Below, one piece after another: positions 1-16,071 of a DNA stretch of 64,000 nt; the first letter of the stretch is position 1; each line of letters begins with the position of its first letter. The notes under the pieces were generated by a model. That model did no database searches. It saw nothing but the letters and a program-made list of their open reading frames with translations, and had not been told where the DNA came from. The DNA comes from Eledone cirrhosa. Taxonomy: Eukaryota. The DNA lies in contig OZ024741.1 in the NCBI GenBank assembly GCA_964016885.1, forward strand, positions 63,488,001 to 63,552,000. Direction: 5' to 3'. The position numbers and the translations under genes are program-made.

Positions 1-703
1 AGTGGTTAATAAATCGCGTTATATAGAGATATATGCCAACCTTAATCGCCGACGTAGTCATGATTCCTACTTCGAAACCATTCATTTAAGCTGTTATTAT
101 CCTAGGAAAATGCTGGAATGATACTTTATATTTCTCAACAAATCATTTTATGTCTACGTTACATTGTGGAAAGATAATATATATTCATATAGCAAATTCC
201 AAGTCATCAAGAATGCCAAACTATAAATTCATTAAAACTTCGCATTGATATGGTTTCACTTCATAGTTCGCCTACAGTTGAAAGCACTCAAATCTTATAA
301 ACAAAGCTTATTGATCTCATGACATTATAATTAATATAATCCTTTGCTATATTCGTCACAAGTAAATGCACAATTAACTTCAGAAGAACATTCTGGAAGT
401 CAAGTAAAATACAGAACATCTCGCATGTGTAATGTGGTGTGATGAAAATCTTACCTGATATTATCCACGGAATTATTAAACAATACTGCCTTAAAAGCAC
501 AACAATCAAATGATATAACTCAAATATTGTCAACCACATAATGGAATGTAGAATGCTCAACATAGATTTGAAACTGGTGTTTAAACTCACTGATTTGGGG
601 TCGCACGTACTCAAAATATAAAAAGTGTATGCAACTTTCAGTCGGCCTAGATTGAGTGCACTGGCCATCGTGTTTCTGAAAAAATTGAATCTCTAGCTAT
701 AGT

Positions 704-952
704 TAATAATTGTTTCTACTTTTGGCACAAGACCAGCAATGATCTCAGTGCATTACTGGTCCTTTATTTTATCGACCCCGTAAGGACGAAAGGCACAAGG
801 CCAGCAATTACCCTAGTGCATTACTGGTTCTTTATTTTATCCCGTAAGGATGAAGGGAAAAGTTAACCTCGGCGGGATTTGAACTCATACCGTAAAGGGA
901 AGTAACTCTATGCTGCAAAACATGGCGTCCGACCCTCTACCGATACTGTCGA
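704..952 (-). mobile_element. tRNA-derived SINE family 1 (octopus-type), with internal duplication
   Basis: The reverse complement matches the family motif GAGTTCAAATCCCGCCGAGGTTAAC...CATCCTTACGG...AGTAGAAACAATTATT. It carries a B box, and part of the 3' half is duplicated. Confidence 0.85.
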
Positions 953-1049
953 CCCAATAATACATGAGTGGTAATTGGAGATGGGGTGGAAACTGAGATT
1001 AACAGCAGTGTTGGTGAAGGCTTCACTCGAGTAGGTGTTTACGCCCCTA

Positions 1050-2600
1050 CGCATTAAAGCACCCTGAAATCACCCAACATTTAAAAGCATTCTTGGTATG
1101 TACGATTACAATGTCATCTTGGAAGCACATACGGTTTCAACTGGCCCACAAATATTGATTAAATTTCCTCAATCTACTAATGTGGACTTGGACACAATAT
1201 ATCGGGACATACAGATTGTATCTGGATAGAGTATTTTTAGTTCAGCGGGTCTCTCCGAATTTGCCTATCGACTGCATAGATCATAATTTTGTCATTAGCC
1301 TGGTCAACCTACATAGGTCACAAAGACAGAATCCAGATTATTGGAAACTGAACGCGTGGGCGTGGTGAAAGAAATTTACAGCGGTCAGATTAGCGAAATA
1401 TTTCATCGAGAGTTGACGGGAGCGATCCTCAACAATCCTTTATGTATATCTTTGAAGAGAGTCATTAGAATAGAATTGACAGGTTGTATTAAACAACTAT
1501 GGATATAATACAACGGAGTAGATGTTTGGTTAGACAGCCGATTCTATTCTGGCAGAGTTATGGATATATGCCAGACATGGTTGTCCACCTTAGCAATTAT
1601 ATATATTAACTAAGTCCACACCTATCAGTGTTGACCGGAGGATGGTTGGAATGCTTAGCAAATACCTTAAGAAGAGGGACTTTACGACCCATAAATCTAT
1701 TGATAACATATTTTAAGATTTTGGCCAAGGTACTTGCAAAGAGATTGGCCCCGGGCTAACATCAGCGATTTCCGGTACATCTATCCACAACAACATCGAT
1801 ATCAAATATGAAGCATGTAATATACCTGATTTGGTGGGGGAGTTCTGACCTACTTGCACCAATACAAAGGTTCGATAGAGTGGACCATCAGTACTTGGCG
1901 GCTGCCCTCACTACAACTTGTTCCCGTTCTGTTTTGAGAGGCTGTATCACCTTATAATAGTCAGGTTCAAGGGTCAGAATAAATGGTCACCTAACAGAAT
2001 CGTTTCGAATTACACGCTTGGTCTTTCAAGTGTGACCCTCTCATTTTTCTTGTACGGTTTTTACACTTGAGTCACTGAGGCGGGGTGTGTTGATCAGAAT
2101 GTTGTTTGAGCTGGGACATAGTAAGGTCGTTTAATCATATGAATATGATGTTACATAGATGATGTCGGAGGTAACAGAAATCAATCAGATTGGCATGTTA
2201 TTAAAGTAGTACGAGGTTGTAACAGGATTATCCATTAAACTTACAAATCGTCCCTGGATCGTTCGACAGACACTCCTCTTTAGATGGCTAGCATGTGGTG
2301 CCCGCCGCCAAATACTCTGTTCGATTGTAATTGAGACGAGGTCATTCTTGAAATATCAGAGACCGACGATGCCTGGTTTGTTATCGCATGTTTTATAACC
2401 CAGTTGCAGCTTCTCTCTATCGCGTCCTATGGAAGGGATGCAATCAAACGCCTGGGAGGCACAACTGCTGCCGACGCCCTCTACAAAGATGGCTTGGTAT
2501 GTACGTAGCTGATAATATCTAGAAGGTATCTAAGGCGCATCATCTACAGAAACGACTAGACAATAGGATGGTAAAGACAGGGTTTGACAGGCATGTCTGA
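1050..2600 (+). pseudogene. Degenerate L1/Tx1-clade LINE ORF2 remnant (end of APE domain plus RT)
   Basis: Frameshifted translation gives motifs in the L1 ORF2 order: YLDRVF..DH..YWKLN, RPINLL..FKILAKVLAKRL, FDRVDHQYL, RVRINGHLTESFRITR, SYEYDVT (YADD-like), YEVVTGLSI, LWKG...LGM. Confidence 0.8.
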
Positions 2601-3567
2601 GCATAGGTTATCTCTTTGATAAAACTGAATATCTTCGTCAAGCGAAGACTAATATTGGTCACCTTAGTGTTAGTGAACGCTTGTAGTCTATAGTTATTAC
2701 CCACCTGTACCATTTCTGAAAAAAGGGGTGGAGGTAAAAATGGTCCGCCTGAATGCATTTATTCTCAGCATTCACATCCAGACCAGAGGACAGACTCCAT
2801 CAGTGATCCAAGAAGTGTGTCCCTATATTCCAACGTATCAAGTCCTACATTTTAGCTTTGTTGGTCATATCTACTTCTATAACCGAGCCAAATCCCTACT
2901 GTTCTGCAACTTGCTTTGTAATGAGACTTCATTGTTTCCCTTTTTGAATACTAAACAAATTAGTAATAGCATTTTTTTATATGTTTTGTTCTTGGCTAGC
3001 AGCAACATTTAATTTTAACCTAAATAATAAATGTAAGTAACGTGAATAAATATACAGAACTTCCCCAGATAACATCGGCCCATATTTCTCAGCAAAGAAA
3101 GGTTAAAATATCATACATCGTGGGAACATAAACATTACAAAACGATATGTAGTATATAAGTATAATATGACATGTAAAATAAAATTAAAAAAACATATGA
3201 CAAGTACAGAAATCACAAACTCTACGAAACACCCAGATGCAGCCAAAGACATATATAGATATATAGAAGAAACAAGAATAATAATCATCTCCACTTACAG
3301 TTTAATTGTTGTAATATATTATTGCCTCTCCTTCTTTTCTAGTGATATCCTTTTTGTTTAATATCTGCGAAATATAAATGAAATAAATATATATGATAAC
3401 ACTAAAATATATCGAATGATGTGCAAGATTTTCGTTTTAATGAGAATGGTGGTGATGAAAATGTGTTAATGCCACAGAGGTGTCAGATAAGGAGCATTAA
3501 AATGGTACTACATGGTGTGGAGCATTCACGTCGAAAGGATAACAATTTTACACGAAATCTAACATGA

Positions 3568-3643
<76 letters not shown>

Positions 3644-3739
3644 ATTATATTTATTAAAATATCAGATTAAAGTTTAAGCAAAGAATCCCAGCTTTCACAC
3701 TTAATGGGATCTTCAAACCCTCTTCGGATTATACTGTTC

Positions 3740-5416
<1,677 letters not shown>

Positions 5417-6181
5417 CGTAGTTAAGAAAGCCACAACAATGCAGAGGGAAATCTCGAGATAGGAAGTGAAAGATAGATAGGAAAAACAGGTGAAAGTGAA
5501 AATTGAGAGAGACAAAGATGAAAACAAAACAAAGGTAGAAGGGTTACCGTAGTGGAGATTTAATCCCAATATTTCGGGCTCACGCCCATCAACGGGGGAA
5601 AGTTCCAAAAGGGGGGGGGGACAGGCCAAGCGGAGAAAGTTGTGATGTCGTTAAGACAGGAATGCCGTTATGGGGAGAAAATTATTTAAAATTTAAACGA
5701 GGGAAAGAATGCGCGTGCGCGTGATAGGCTGTGGCAAAAGCTACTGACCAAATGGGTTAAATCAAGAGGGTGCGCTAGCGTGTGAAAGCCGTAAGATATG
5801 TGTGTGTAAATATATATGTGTGTGTAACTGTGTGTGTATAAGTGTAAGTGTGTATATGTGTGAGTGTGTGTGTGTGTGAAAGATAGTGGCTGTAGAAGCT
5901 GGAAATCAAAGGGTGTGAAAGGTGTTAGGTTGTAAAACATGTGTGCGTGTATAAATATAGATGTGTGTGTGTATAACTGTGTGTGTATATGTGTGAGTGC
6001 GTTTATGTGTGAAAGATAGTGGGCTGTAGAAGCTGGAAATCAAAGGGTGTGAAAGGTGGTAGGTTGTAAAAACATGTGTGCGTGTATAAATATAGATGTG
6101 TGTGTGTGTATGCGTATGGGTATGCATATACGTGCGTGTGTGTGAAGATAGCAGGCCGTAGGCTGTGAATGGTCACTATGG

Positions 6182-6927
6182 TTAAGTTAGCCATGTCAGC
6201 TCATTTCTCTCAGCCCGGTTGTTAAGTGGGGGTCTGAGGTTCTTAATAACAAGTGCTTCCTTTATCCTTAAGGATCCGATGCTGCGTTCAGTCGCTAGGA
6301 CTGTGACCAAGGGTCTACCCTGTGGGTTTCCGCATTTAAGGGTGTGTTTACGGAAGGAAGATGCGTTGGTGTTGATATGTTCCTTGATACGAACATGTAG
6401 GGGTCGGATGGTGCTACCTATGTAAAACTTGTTACATTTATCGCATTGAATCTTATATACGACATAGGTGCGTAGGCAATCTGCCCCCCGTATCGGGCAG
6501 TTGCTGAGGGAACACGTCCCATCTGACTCGTCGGGTTTGTTGGAGAGGCATCTTCGCAGCGAAGGTCCTGTGTGGGCCAAATGTATGTCAAGTCCCTCCG
6601 TCCGTATGGCCCTGCGGATGGCGTTCGTGGTATATTCACTCAGGTGGGGGATTTTAAAGAAGCACCTGCTATTATTTAATTTTCTAGTGGGTGTCTGTCT
6701 ATTGGGTCTGGGGTCTCTAATTCCGTTAATCAGTCGCTTGGGATAACCATTAGATCTGAGTAGATTACGGAATTGCGTGGTATGGGTGAGACCACCCATC
6801 GGGTCGCTGCATCTGTTAGTGATCCGTGTCAGTTCATTTAGGACATAGCCTCTCTTAGCGTTGTTGGGGAGGGCTGAGTTATAATGCACAAATAAGTCCT
6901 TGCACGCTGCTTTGCGGTAGAAGGTGG
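6182..6927 (-). CDS. PLE ORF C-terminal part: RT thumb, Cys-rich linker and GIY-YIG endonuclease (5'-truncated)
   Basis: Translation reads TTFYRK..DLFVHYNSALP, LRSNGYPKRLI, CSLSNCPI, YVVYKIQCDKCNKFYIGSTIRPLHVRIKEH and LRIKEALVIKNLRPPLN. Confidence 0.9.
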
Positions 6928-7080
6928 TGATACTTACTTCTTCCCGGGAGATGGCGAATGAAATTCACCAAATCTTCAACGATACTGACCATCACGTCGA
7001 TTTCACCATCGAACACCCAGGAGAAGACGGGTCACTCGCCCTCCTCGTCTTCCGTATCAACATCTCGGAAGAAGGAGACT
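6928..7080 (+). pseudogene. Inverted fragment of the same PLE RT (region just after the YxDD motif)
   Basis: ILTSSREMANEIHQIFNDTDHHVDFTIEHPGEDGSLALLVFRI resembles the PLE FT.E..E.G.L.FLD motif that normally lies directly before TTFYRK. Confidence 0.8.
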
Positions 7081-7883
7081 TAACCATAGTGACCATTTAC
7101 AGCCTACGGCCTGCTATCTTCACACACACGCACGCATATGCATACCCATACGCATACACACACACATCTATATTTATACACGCACACATGTTTTTACAAC
7201 CTACCACCTTTCACACCCTTTGATTTCCAGCTTCTACAGCCCACTATCTTTCACACACAAACGCACTCACACATATACACACAGAGTTATACACACACAC
7301 ATCTATATTTATACACGCACACATGTTTTACAACCTACCACCTTTCACACCCTTTGATTTCCAGCTTCTACAGCCCACTATCTTTCACACACACACTCAC
7401 ACATATACACACTTACACTTATACACACACAGTTACACACACATATATATTTACACACACATATCTTACGGCTTTCACACGCTAGCGCACCCTCTTGATT
7501 TAACCCATTTGGTCAGTAGCTTTTGCCACAGCCTATCACGCGCACGCGCATTCTTTCCCTCGTTTAAATTTTAAATAATTTTCTCCCCATAACGGCATTC
7601 CTGTCTTAACATCACAACTTTCTCCGCTTGGCCTGATCCCCCCCTTTTGGAACTTTCCCCCGTTGATGGGCGTGAGCCCGAAATATTGGGATTAAATCTC
7701 CACTACGGTAACCCTTCTACCTTTGTTTTGTTTTCATCTTTGTCTCTCTCAATTTTCACTTTCACCTGTTTTTCCTATCTATCTTTCACTTCCTACCTCG
7801 AGATTTCCCTCTGCATTGTTGTGGCTTTCTTAACTACGTATTTTACACATTTCACAATGCTTCAAGCAAACTTTAACACCCTC

Positions 7884-7905
7884 ATATATATATATATATA
7901 TATAC

Positions 7906-7938
<33 letters not shown>

Positions 7939-7939
7939 C

Positions 7940-7973
<34 letters not shown>

Positions 7974-8073
7974 GTATATATATATATATACGTATATATA
8001 TATATACGTATATATATATATATACGTATATATATATATACGTATATATATATATATACGTATATATATATAC

Positions 8074-8121
<48 letters not shown>

Positions 8122-8168
8122 GTATATATATATATACGTATATATATATACGTATATATATATATGTT

Positions 8169-8200
<32 letters not shown>

Positions 8201-8232
8201 CATATATATATCATATATATATATACATATAT

Positions 8233-8270
<38 letters not shown>
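7884..8270. repeat. (TA)n array with TACGTA variants, followed by (CA)n
   Basis: Directly visible. Confidence 0.95.
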
Positions 8271-8276
<6 letters not shown>

Positions 8277-8322
8277 AGTATAGCTATATATAAATATATA
8301 TTTATATAATGTGGGTAATAAT

Positions 8323-8509
8323 TGTTTCTACTTTAGGCACAAGGCCAGCAAATACCCAGTGCATTACTGGTACTTTATTTTATCGACCCCGTAAGGATGA
8401 AAGGCAAAGTTAACCTCGGCGGGATTTGAACTCAGAATGGAAAGGGCCGTAACTCTATCCTGCAAAGCATGGCGTCAGACCCTCTACCGATACTGCCAAT
8501 TCACCGCCC
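8323..8509 (-). mobile_element. Full-length SINE family 1 with an 18-bp target-site duplication
   Basis: The element starts GGGCGGTGAATTGGCAGTATCGG (A-box-like) and has the B box GAGTTCAAATCC. The TSD TATAATGTGGGTAATAAT lies at 8305-8322 and 8510-8527. Confidence 0.92.
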
Positions 8510-9135
8510 TATAATGTGGGTAATAATAAACATTACCCAGGTACAAGTATGAAAATAGCTCGATGAAAAGTAACACAAGGGATGCATTTTTAAAATTTCC
8601 ATCTAAGATTTTTACTCTTGATGGCATATGACATTTTCTCCTCTATGTGGTGCTTTGGATGATGTGTCTTGAGTGTCTAATTGCTAATACTTCATTCTAT
8701 TTTGGGATTTTTTACTTTGGTGATTGTATTTATTTATTCAATATTACATTAGTTCCTTTGGACGTTTTGAAAAATAATTATTATTGTGCCTGAATTATGT
8801 AGTCGAACTTATATTCTTGCGCCTATCTGTAATCCTTGGTTATGCAAACACCATCTTTTTTTAAATATAAATTCATATTGCTTTTATCTGCTCCTAATTT
8901 TTATTACATTTATTGGCTCCTATTCATCATATGCTTTTTCCGCCTCTGTCAACTTATATAAATGTTGATGCTGATGTTTATCTAGCCTCCCATATTATGT
9001 ATCCTACTAATGTTCTTGTGACAAAGCTTTGATATTACATTTTTGTTTGACCTTTGTTATCTACTCCGATTATTCCGGCTTTGTGCTAGGTTGAAACGAT
9101 CTTAAGTGATTAAATGTTTTAAACACTCTTTGGTC

Positions 9136-9171
<36 letters not shown>

Positions 9172-9174
<3 letters not shown>

Positions 9175-9383
9175 TTAATATAGAAGAGCTTCTACAGGAC
9201 TAGTACTGTTTCATTCGTGAGAAATCATCAGGAAGCTAGCTGTCCAAGTAAATGGTAGTATTTATGCCTTTCTTTATCTGGTGGTAGGAGAGGGTGGGGA
9301 TTGTGATGGGTGTAGGTCATTGGTTGAAGGATTTAAAGAAAGGGGATTCATTAAAAGCTAATTCTTTAAAGCTATAATATTAA
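9172..9383 (-). mobile_element. HHR-bearing family B element, short left arm
   Basis: Reverse complement of ~13835-14042, and homologous to 45958-46172 and 47585-47787. Confidence 0.85.
9187..9237 (-). ncRNA. Type I hammerhead ribozyme, intact core
   Basis: The minus strand reads AGCTTC-CTGATGA-tTTCtcacGAAt-GAAA-CAG tactagtc CTG-TA-GAAGCT, giving stems I, II and III and a GUA cleavage triplet. Confidence 0.85.
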
Positions 9384-9513
9384 CATATATATGTATATGT
9401 ATATGTATGTATATATGTATATATATGTGTGTGTTTGTATGTGTATGTATGTATTTATATGTATGTATGTGTATGTTCGTATATGTATATATATATATAT
9501 GTTTCTATTTATA

Positions 9514-9592
<79 letters not shown>

Positions 9593-9646
9593 GTTACTGA
9601 ATTTGTTTAGCAAGATTCTGTATCTGAAAACGTGTGTTGAAACCGA

Positions 9647-10008
9647 TATTGTTATACTTTGGGAGGGTCATGTTGCCAATAAGAAACACACACACCAGTA
9701 ACTTTCACACCAATTTATTATAAATTAAATTATAAGTTTAAAAAAAAAAAATAATAAATTTCCGGTTGGTTGGTTGGTTTGTTCCACAACCGGACGGTTG
9801 TTCATATATTGTTAAAGTTCTTTCGTCACACATTCTGTGATCTCATCAGTAACCGGGGATTCTTTTCTTTGTTTTGTGCCTCTTCTTTGTTCTGTCCTAC
9901 GTCATCTTGTTTGTGTGTGTGTTGTGTGCTTAGTTTGCGCATATGTTACATCCGGGTGTCTGTGTGTGTTTCTTATTGGCAACATGACCCTCCCAAAGTA
10001 TAACAATA
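9647..10008. repeat. Short inverted-repeat element between TA tracts (arms ~9647-9695 and 9960-10008)
   Basis: ATATTGTTATACTTTGGGAGGGTCATGTTGCCAATAAGAAACACACAC occurs together with its exact reverse complement. Confidence 0.8.
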
Positions 10009-10081
10009 TATATATATATATACGGATGTATATGTATGTGTATATGTATATGTGTGTGTGAGTCTGTATAGGTGTATATGT

Positions 10082-10164
<83 letters not shown>

Positions 10165-10166
<2 letters not shown>

Positions 10167-11736
10167 GTAATAATAATAAATTTGAAGACTAAAATCGAAA
10201 GAGGGCTCGATAAGGATAAGTATATATCAAATATATAAGAACCGTAGAGCAAATATTTATTAAAATAACAGATTAAAGTTTAAGCAAAGAATCGCTGCTT
10301 TCATCATTAACGGGATCTTCTGAATCTAAAAAAATCAATCTGTGAACGCAGAATTAAATATTTCGAAAAACGTTGCAACCGAAGGAAGACAGGAAGACGA
10401 TACTTTGGTTCGTGGAGACGTTCCCTGGCAATGAACGGAAAAAAACGAAGATAATACGTAATTATTTGGAGCGGTAAAAACAATTACACGCAAAGGCAAA
10501 ACCACGTTTATGGTATAAATGAAGTCGTAGACTAATATTCTGTTAGGTGGTTCATGGAGACGTACTCTGGCAATGAACGGAAAAAACAAAGATAATACGT
10601 CATGGTGTGGCGCGATGAGAACAATTACACGCAAAGACAAAACCACGTTTATGTTATAACTGAAGTCGTAGACTAAAATTCTATTTAGGAAACCGAATGG
10701 TTTTCGGCTTCAGAGTTAAAAATAATGTAAATAAATTACAGAGGTAATTGAAATCAACAAAGATATAAACATGCACGCATCCATATACGTACATACACAT
10801 GCATACACGAAAACACCCGCCATGGGTATGCAAATACGAGCACGTATACAAAAACACGCACGCACATAGAGAACCCACGCAACGCCTGTACCCGCACACA
10901 TACGAACGCACACATACGAACGTATACACCAAATACACATAAAAATATATATTTAAAAAAAATATATATATATATGTGTGTGCGTGCGTGCGTGTATACA
11001 TATAATTATATAAATGTATATAAATATACACACATAAATACGTATATAACGCTAGCGCACACACATACCTACATGTAAATACACATATGTTCGCTAAACG
11101 TACGTTAACCAAAACACAAAGTACACATATACACACACCCTATATACGTGCGAACCCGCATACTCACACAGACGCAACACTGACGTATACACATAACCAT
11201 ATGCACATGTACCAGTATATATAATATAATATATACACCTATAACATATACAAGCAAATATGCGTACGAGAAAGTATACGTACCTTCACAAACATACAGG
11301 TAATATATACTTACCTATACAAATAAGTAATGGCATAAACATAACATATACTTAGCTACCGTATCAAGACGTAAATTATCCGCGTATAATTCGTACTATC
11401 CGTTAGGGTATAATGTGGGGCTGTAATACAGGAAAGTTTTGTACAATTTATGTTTACAAGCCGAAATTGCCTCAGATTTTTTGTCTAAGATGTGGTCTTT
11501 GGCGTAGACTATTTCCAGGGGTTCAGCGGCGAAGAGGTCACATGGTATTTTATTTCCATTATACGATCTAGCCCTAGCTAGGATCTCCCAGTGTAACTTA
11601 TATTGGGTGTGGTTGCCTTTTAGACTCCAGATATAAGCTGAAAGTGACGTCATATTCCTTCTTAAAGGGTTAAGAAAAGAATGGGTATGCATGTAAAGAC
11701 GCTGCTTGAATCTATTGGCGGTTAACCCTATGTATG
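10165..11736 (-). mobile_element. PLE 3' part: second half of GIY-YIG plus long 3' UTR
   Basis: The minus strand from ~11735 reads AYIGLTANRFKQRLYMHTHSF...LSAYIWSLK...WEILARARSY...CDL...E..SACKHK. The UTR has a ~142-bp tandem duplication at ~10405-10690. Confidence 0.85.
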
Positions 11737-11739
11737 CCC

Positions 11740-13403
11740 TACGATAAATATATATATGTGCCCACGACTTCAGGGTTCTCTCTCAGGGATCACGGGCCAG
11801 ACTTTATTGAGAACCCATCTGTTAGGCTTGTGGACCCGACCACATCTGACTTGGGTTGTGTCGGCAAGAACATTCTCGACGGGATCATCCTTGGGATGCG
11901 AGATGGGATGACTTACAAGCTGTGGTCTAACACTGGCCAAGTCATTAGATGGTTCTCAGATCTAAGATCCAAAGATTTGATGAGGTTTCTCCAATTTGAC
12001 ATTGACAGTTACTACGCTTCAATATCCCCGGCACTGCTTAACAAAGCATTAACCCTAGCTAACACTAATTCAGACATAACTAATAGGGAGATTGACATCA
12101 TCCTTATGGCTAGGCAGACCATTATTGAGTTCGGGGGCTCATTCTGGACAGGAAACGACGGGGCAGACAACTTCGATGTCACAATGGGCTCAAACGACTG
12201 CACAAGTCACTGACTTAGTTGGAATCTACCTCTTACATAACATCAGAGCTGAGATTCCACACTTGCAAGGTGGAATATATAGGACGACGCCCTATTTGCA
12301 GTCCACAATTGCACTGATCGAGGCATTGATTTGCTCAAGGAACAATTACATAGATTTTTGGGGAAGGATGGTCTGTCTATCACCATCGAACCGAACCATA
12401 AGGTAATAAATTTCTTGGACGTTACCCTAGATCTTAATAACAATTTATATTACCCTTATCATAAACCAGGTGAAATACTTACATATATTAGCCCGCACTC
12501 TAACCACCCACAGGCAGTCATCAGAGCGGTCATTAAATCTATCTCATATAGAATCTCCATGCTATCTGCAAATGAGGAGATATATAAGACCCACGCGGCA
12601 TATTATAATAAGGCCCTTTCTGAATCTGGTTATGAACAGTCTATCTACTACATACGTAAATGCCATAACACAGAACTTCACCACAACTATGATAAATTTA
12701 ACACTAGAACTAGAAACACCGCAACATTTAGCCAGATATGCCGGAACTTTAGCCTTAACAGCACCTATACAGGGAACCGTAATAGTGGCAGAGGCCTTCT
12801 TCCCACTCCTAGTAGCAGATTCAGAATCAACGCTAGAATAGGAATAGATAAAAGGCTGACCAATAGCAAACGCCTCGGTAATAATAACCCTATTAAGGCC
12901 CACGCCAATTCTACTAGACCCCCTAGAAGTAATAGGCCTAGAAAAATGACCTGGCTTAACCCCCCACCCCCACATTCTCATCTAATTTAGCCACTAACAT
13001 CCCTAAACGTTTCTTCTCCATCCTATCTAAACACCTCCACCCACCCAACCATAGATATTACAAACTCTTTAATAAAAACAATATTAAAATCTCCTTCTCC
13101 ACCACACCGAACCTAGCTAGCCACATCGCATTCAGCAACCATCATAAACTAAAAAAATATAACTCCCACACCGCGGTACCACCACCCCCCATAAATATTC
13201 CACGCAACCACACCAATAATTATTCTAGCAGCATATCCCCCCCCTCCAATCCTATTAGTACACACCAGCCGCATAGTTTAAACAACCCTACTCTTAGTAA
13301 TCGCAACAGTAATTGCAATTGCCGTTACCCTACTGCATGCCCACTTAACGGACAATGCCTTACGCCCAATATAGTATATAGGTGCACAGTTATAACGACA
13401 TTA
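11740..13403 (+). pseudogene. Inverted 5' part of the same PLE: frameshifted RT, linker and first half of GIY-YIG
   Basis: Translation gives FLQFDIDSYYASIS, FDVTMGSND, GIYR(DD), VINFLDVTLDL, YISPHSNHP, WLNPP, KLFNKNNIKISFS and CNCRYPTACPLNGQCLTPNIVYRCTV. Confidence 0.9.
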
Positions 13404-13610
13404 CATATATATATATATATATATATAGATATATAGATATGTATATAAATGTATATGTATGCGTATATGTGTATGTATGTATGTATTTGTATGTATGTAT
13501 GTGTGTATGTACCATTATGTATGTTTGTTATGTGTGTGTGCCTGCCTGTGTGTGCGTGCGTGTAAGTGTGTGTGCGTGTGTAAGTGGGCGAGTGTGTGAA
13601 TGTGCTTTTC

Positions 13611-14108
13611 GACACCTGGAATATATATTAACAGAAACTTCACAATAAGGGGGATCACCCCAACACTTGAATCTGCTGATGGAACCTTTTCTGCCTTCGT
13701 CACCCTCATTTTAGCCTTAAAGAATTACCTTCTAAAGAACTTCCCTTTTCTTTAAACCATTGAACCCCACCCATCCAGGCATTGTTAATCCAATTTTGAA
13801 CTTGTTTACAGTATTCTTTCTGCCTTTGTTCATATTATAGCTTTAAAGAATTAGCTTTTAATGAATCCCCTTTCTTTAAATCATCCATCCAATGACCTAC
13901 ACTCATCCAATCACCACCCTCTCCTACCACCAGATGAGGCAAGACATAAATACTACCATTTACTTGGACAGCCAGCTTCCTGGTGATTTCTCACGAATGA
14001 AACAGTTCTAGTCCTGTAGATACTCTTCTATATTAAAACTTTTATACTCTGCTATGTATTGAGTACCTTACTTACTGTGGTTACCTCCGATTCAACCCGG
14101 AATAACTT
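13611..14108 (+). mobile_element. Family B element, long right arm with a mutated HHR core (CTGGTGA at ~13980)
   Basis: Inverted partner of 9172-9383 and homologous to 47305-47857. It ends in (TA)n. Confidence 0.85.
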
Positions 14109-14444
14109 ATATATATATATATATATATATGTAGGAGGTGAGTTTTATTGTAGTACAATAAAGCAATTGCCTTTTCCTTGGGCAACATCGATGGCGTGGA
14201 GAGGGGAGACTGGCATACATGGACGAATTTGGGTCTTCCAGAAACACACCTTGCCCAGGATTGTGCCTTGGAGGGGAACGTTTCAGGTGCAAAGCCATGT
14301 TTATTCCCATGATTAATGGTCTCCCTGGTCTTAAAAACAAACACTATCTCTCTCTCTATATATATATATAAATATATATATCCTTAATTGTACTGTGTTG
14401 TTTGCGTTCCTGTTTCCGTTAACCTTTCGCATTTATATATAAAC

Positions 14445-15739
<1,295 letters not shown>

Positions 15740-16036
15740 TTGATGATTTATAAGTGCCCAGCTGCATATATTCCTACGGAATATGTGAAGGCTTCTACAT
15801 ATCCCAGACACATTCTCCCAAATTGTAGAAAACTTATAATGAAACAATTGTTTGGAAAGGGAGATATACTTTAACTATGTCTCATATAAAATAATACAAC
15901 TGGCCTTCCGCAAAATACATATAGTTAGCACCCCAAACGTAAAATTGGGATTATACTAAGGTATATCCTAATGTTTGTTGAGTGAGATGGAAGCCAGTCA
16001 GAGTATAGCTTAAAGCTTTCTCTGTTAATGTATTGA

Positions 16037-16067
<31 letters not shown>

Positions 16068-16071
<4 letters not shown>

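Larger units (their letters stand above)
5411..7883 (-). mobile_element. 5'-truncated Penelope-like element with inverted terminal arms (5411-6187 and 7078-7844)
   Basis: The arms are reverse complements of each other, contain ~120-135 bp internal tandem repeats, flank RT-thumb/GIY-YIG coding sequence, and sit between (TA)n arrays. Confidence 0.9.

Noticed and set aside
288-668. 126-aa minus-strand ORF
   Set aside because: No recognisable motif, and the composition is typical of AT-rich non-coding DNA.
10405-10690. Repeated units that might suggest a CRISPR-like array, also at 5880-6160
   Set aside because: These are plain tandem duplications in PLE 3' UTRs with no repeat-spacer structure, in a eukaryotic context.
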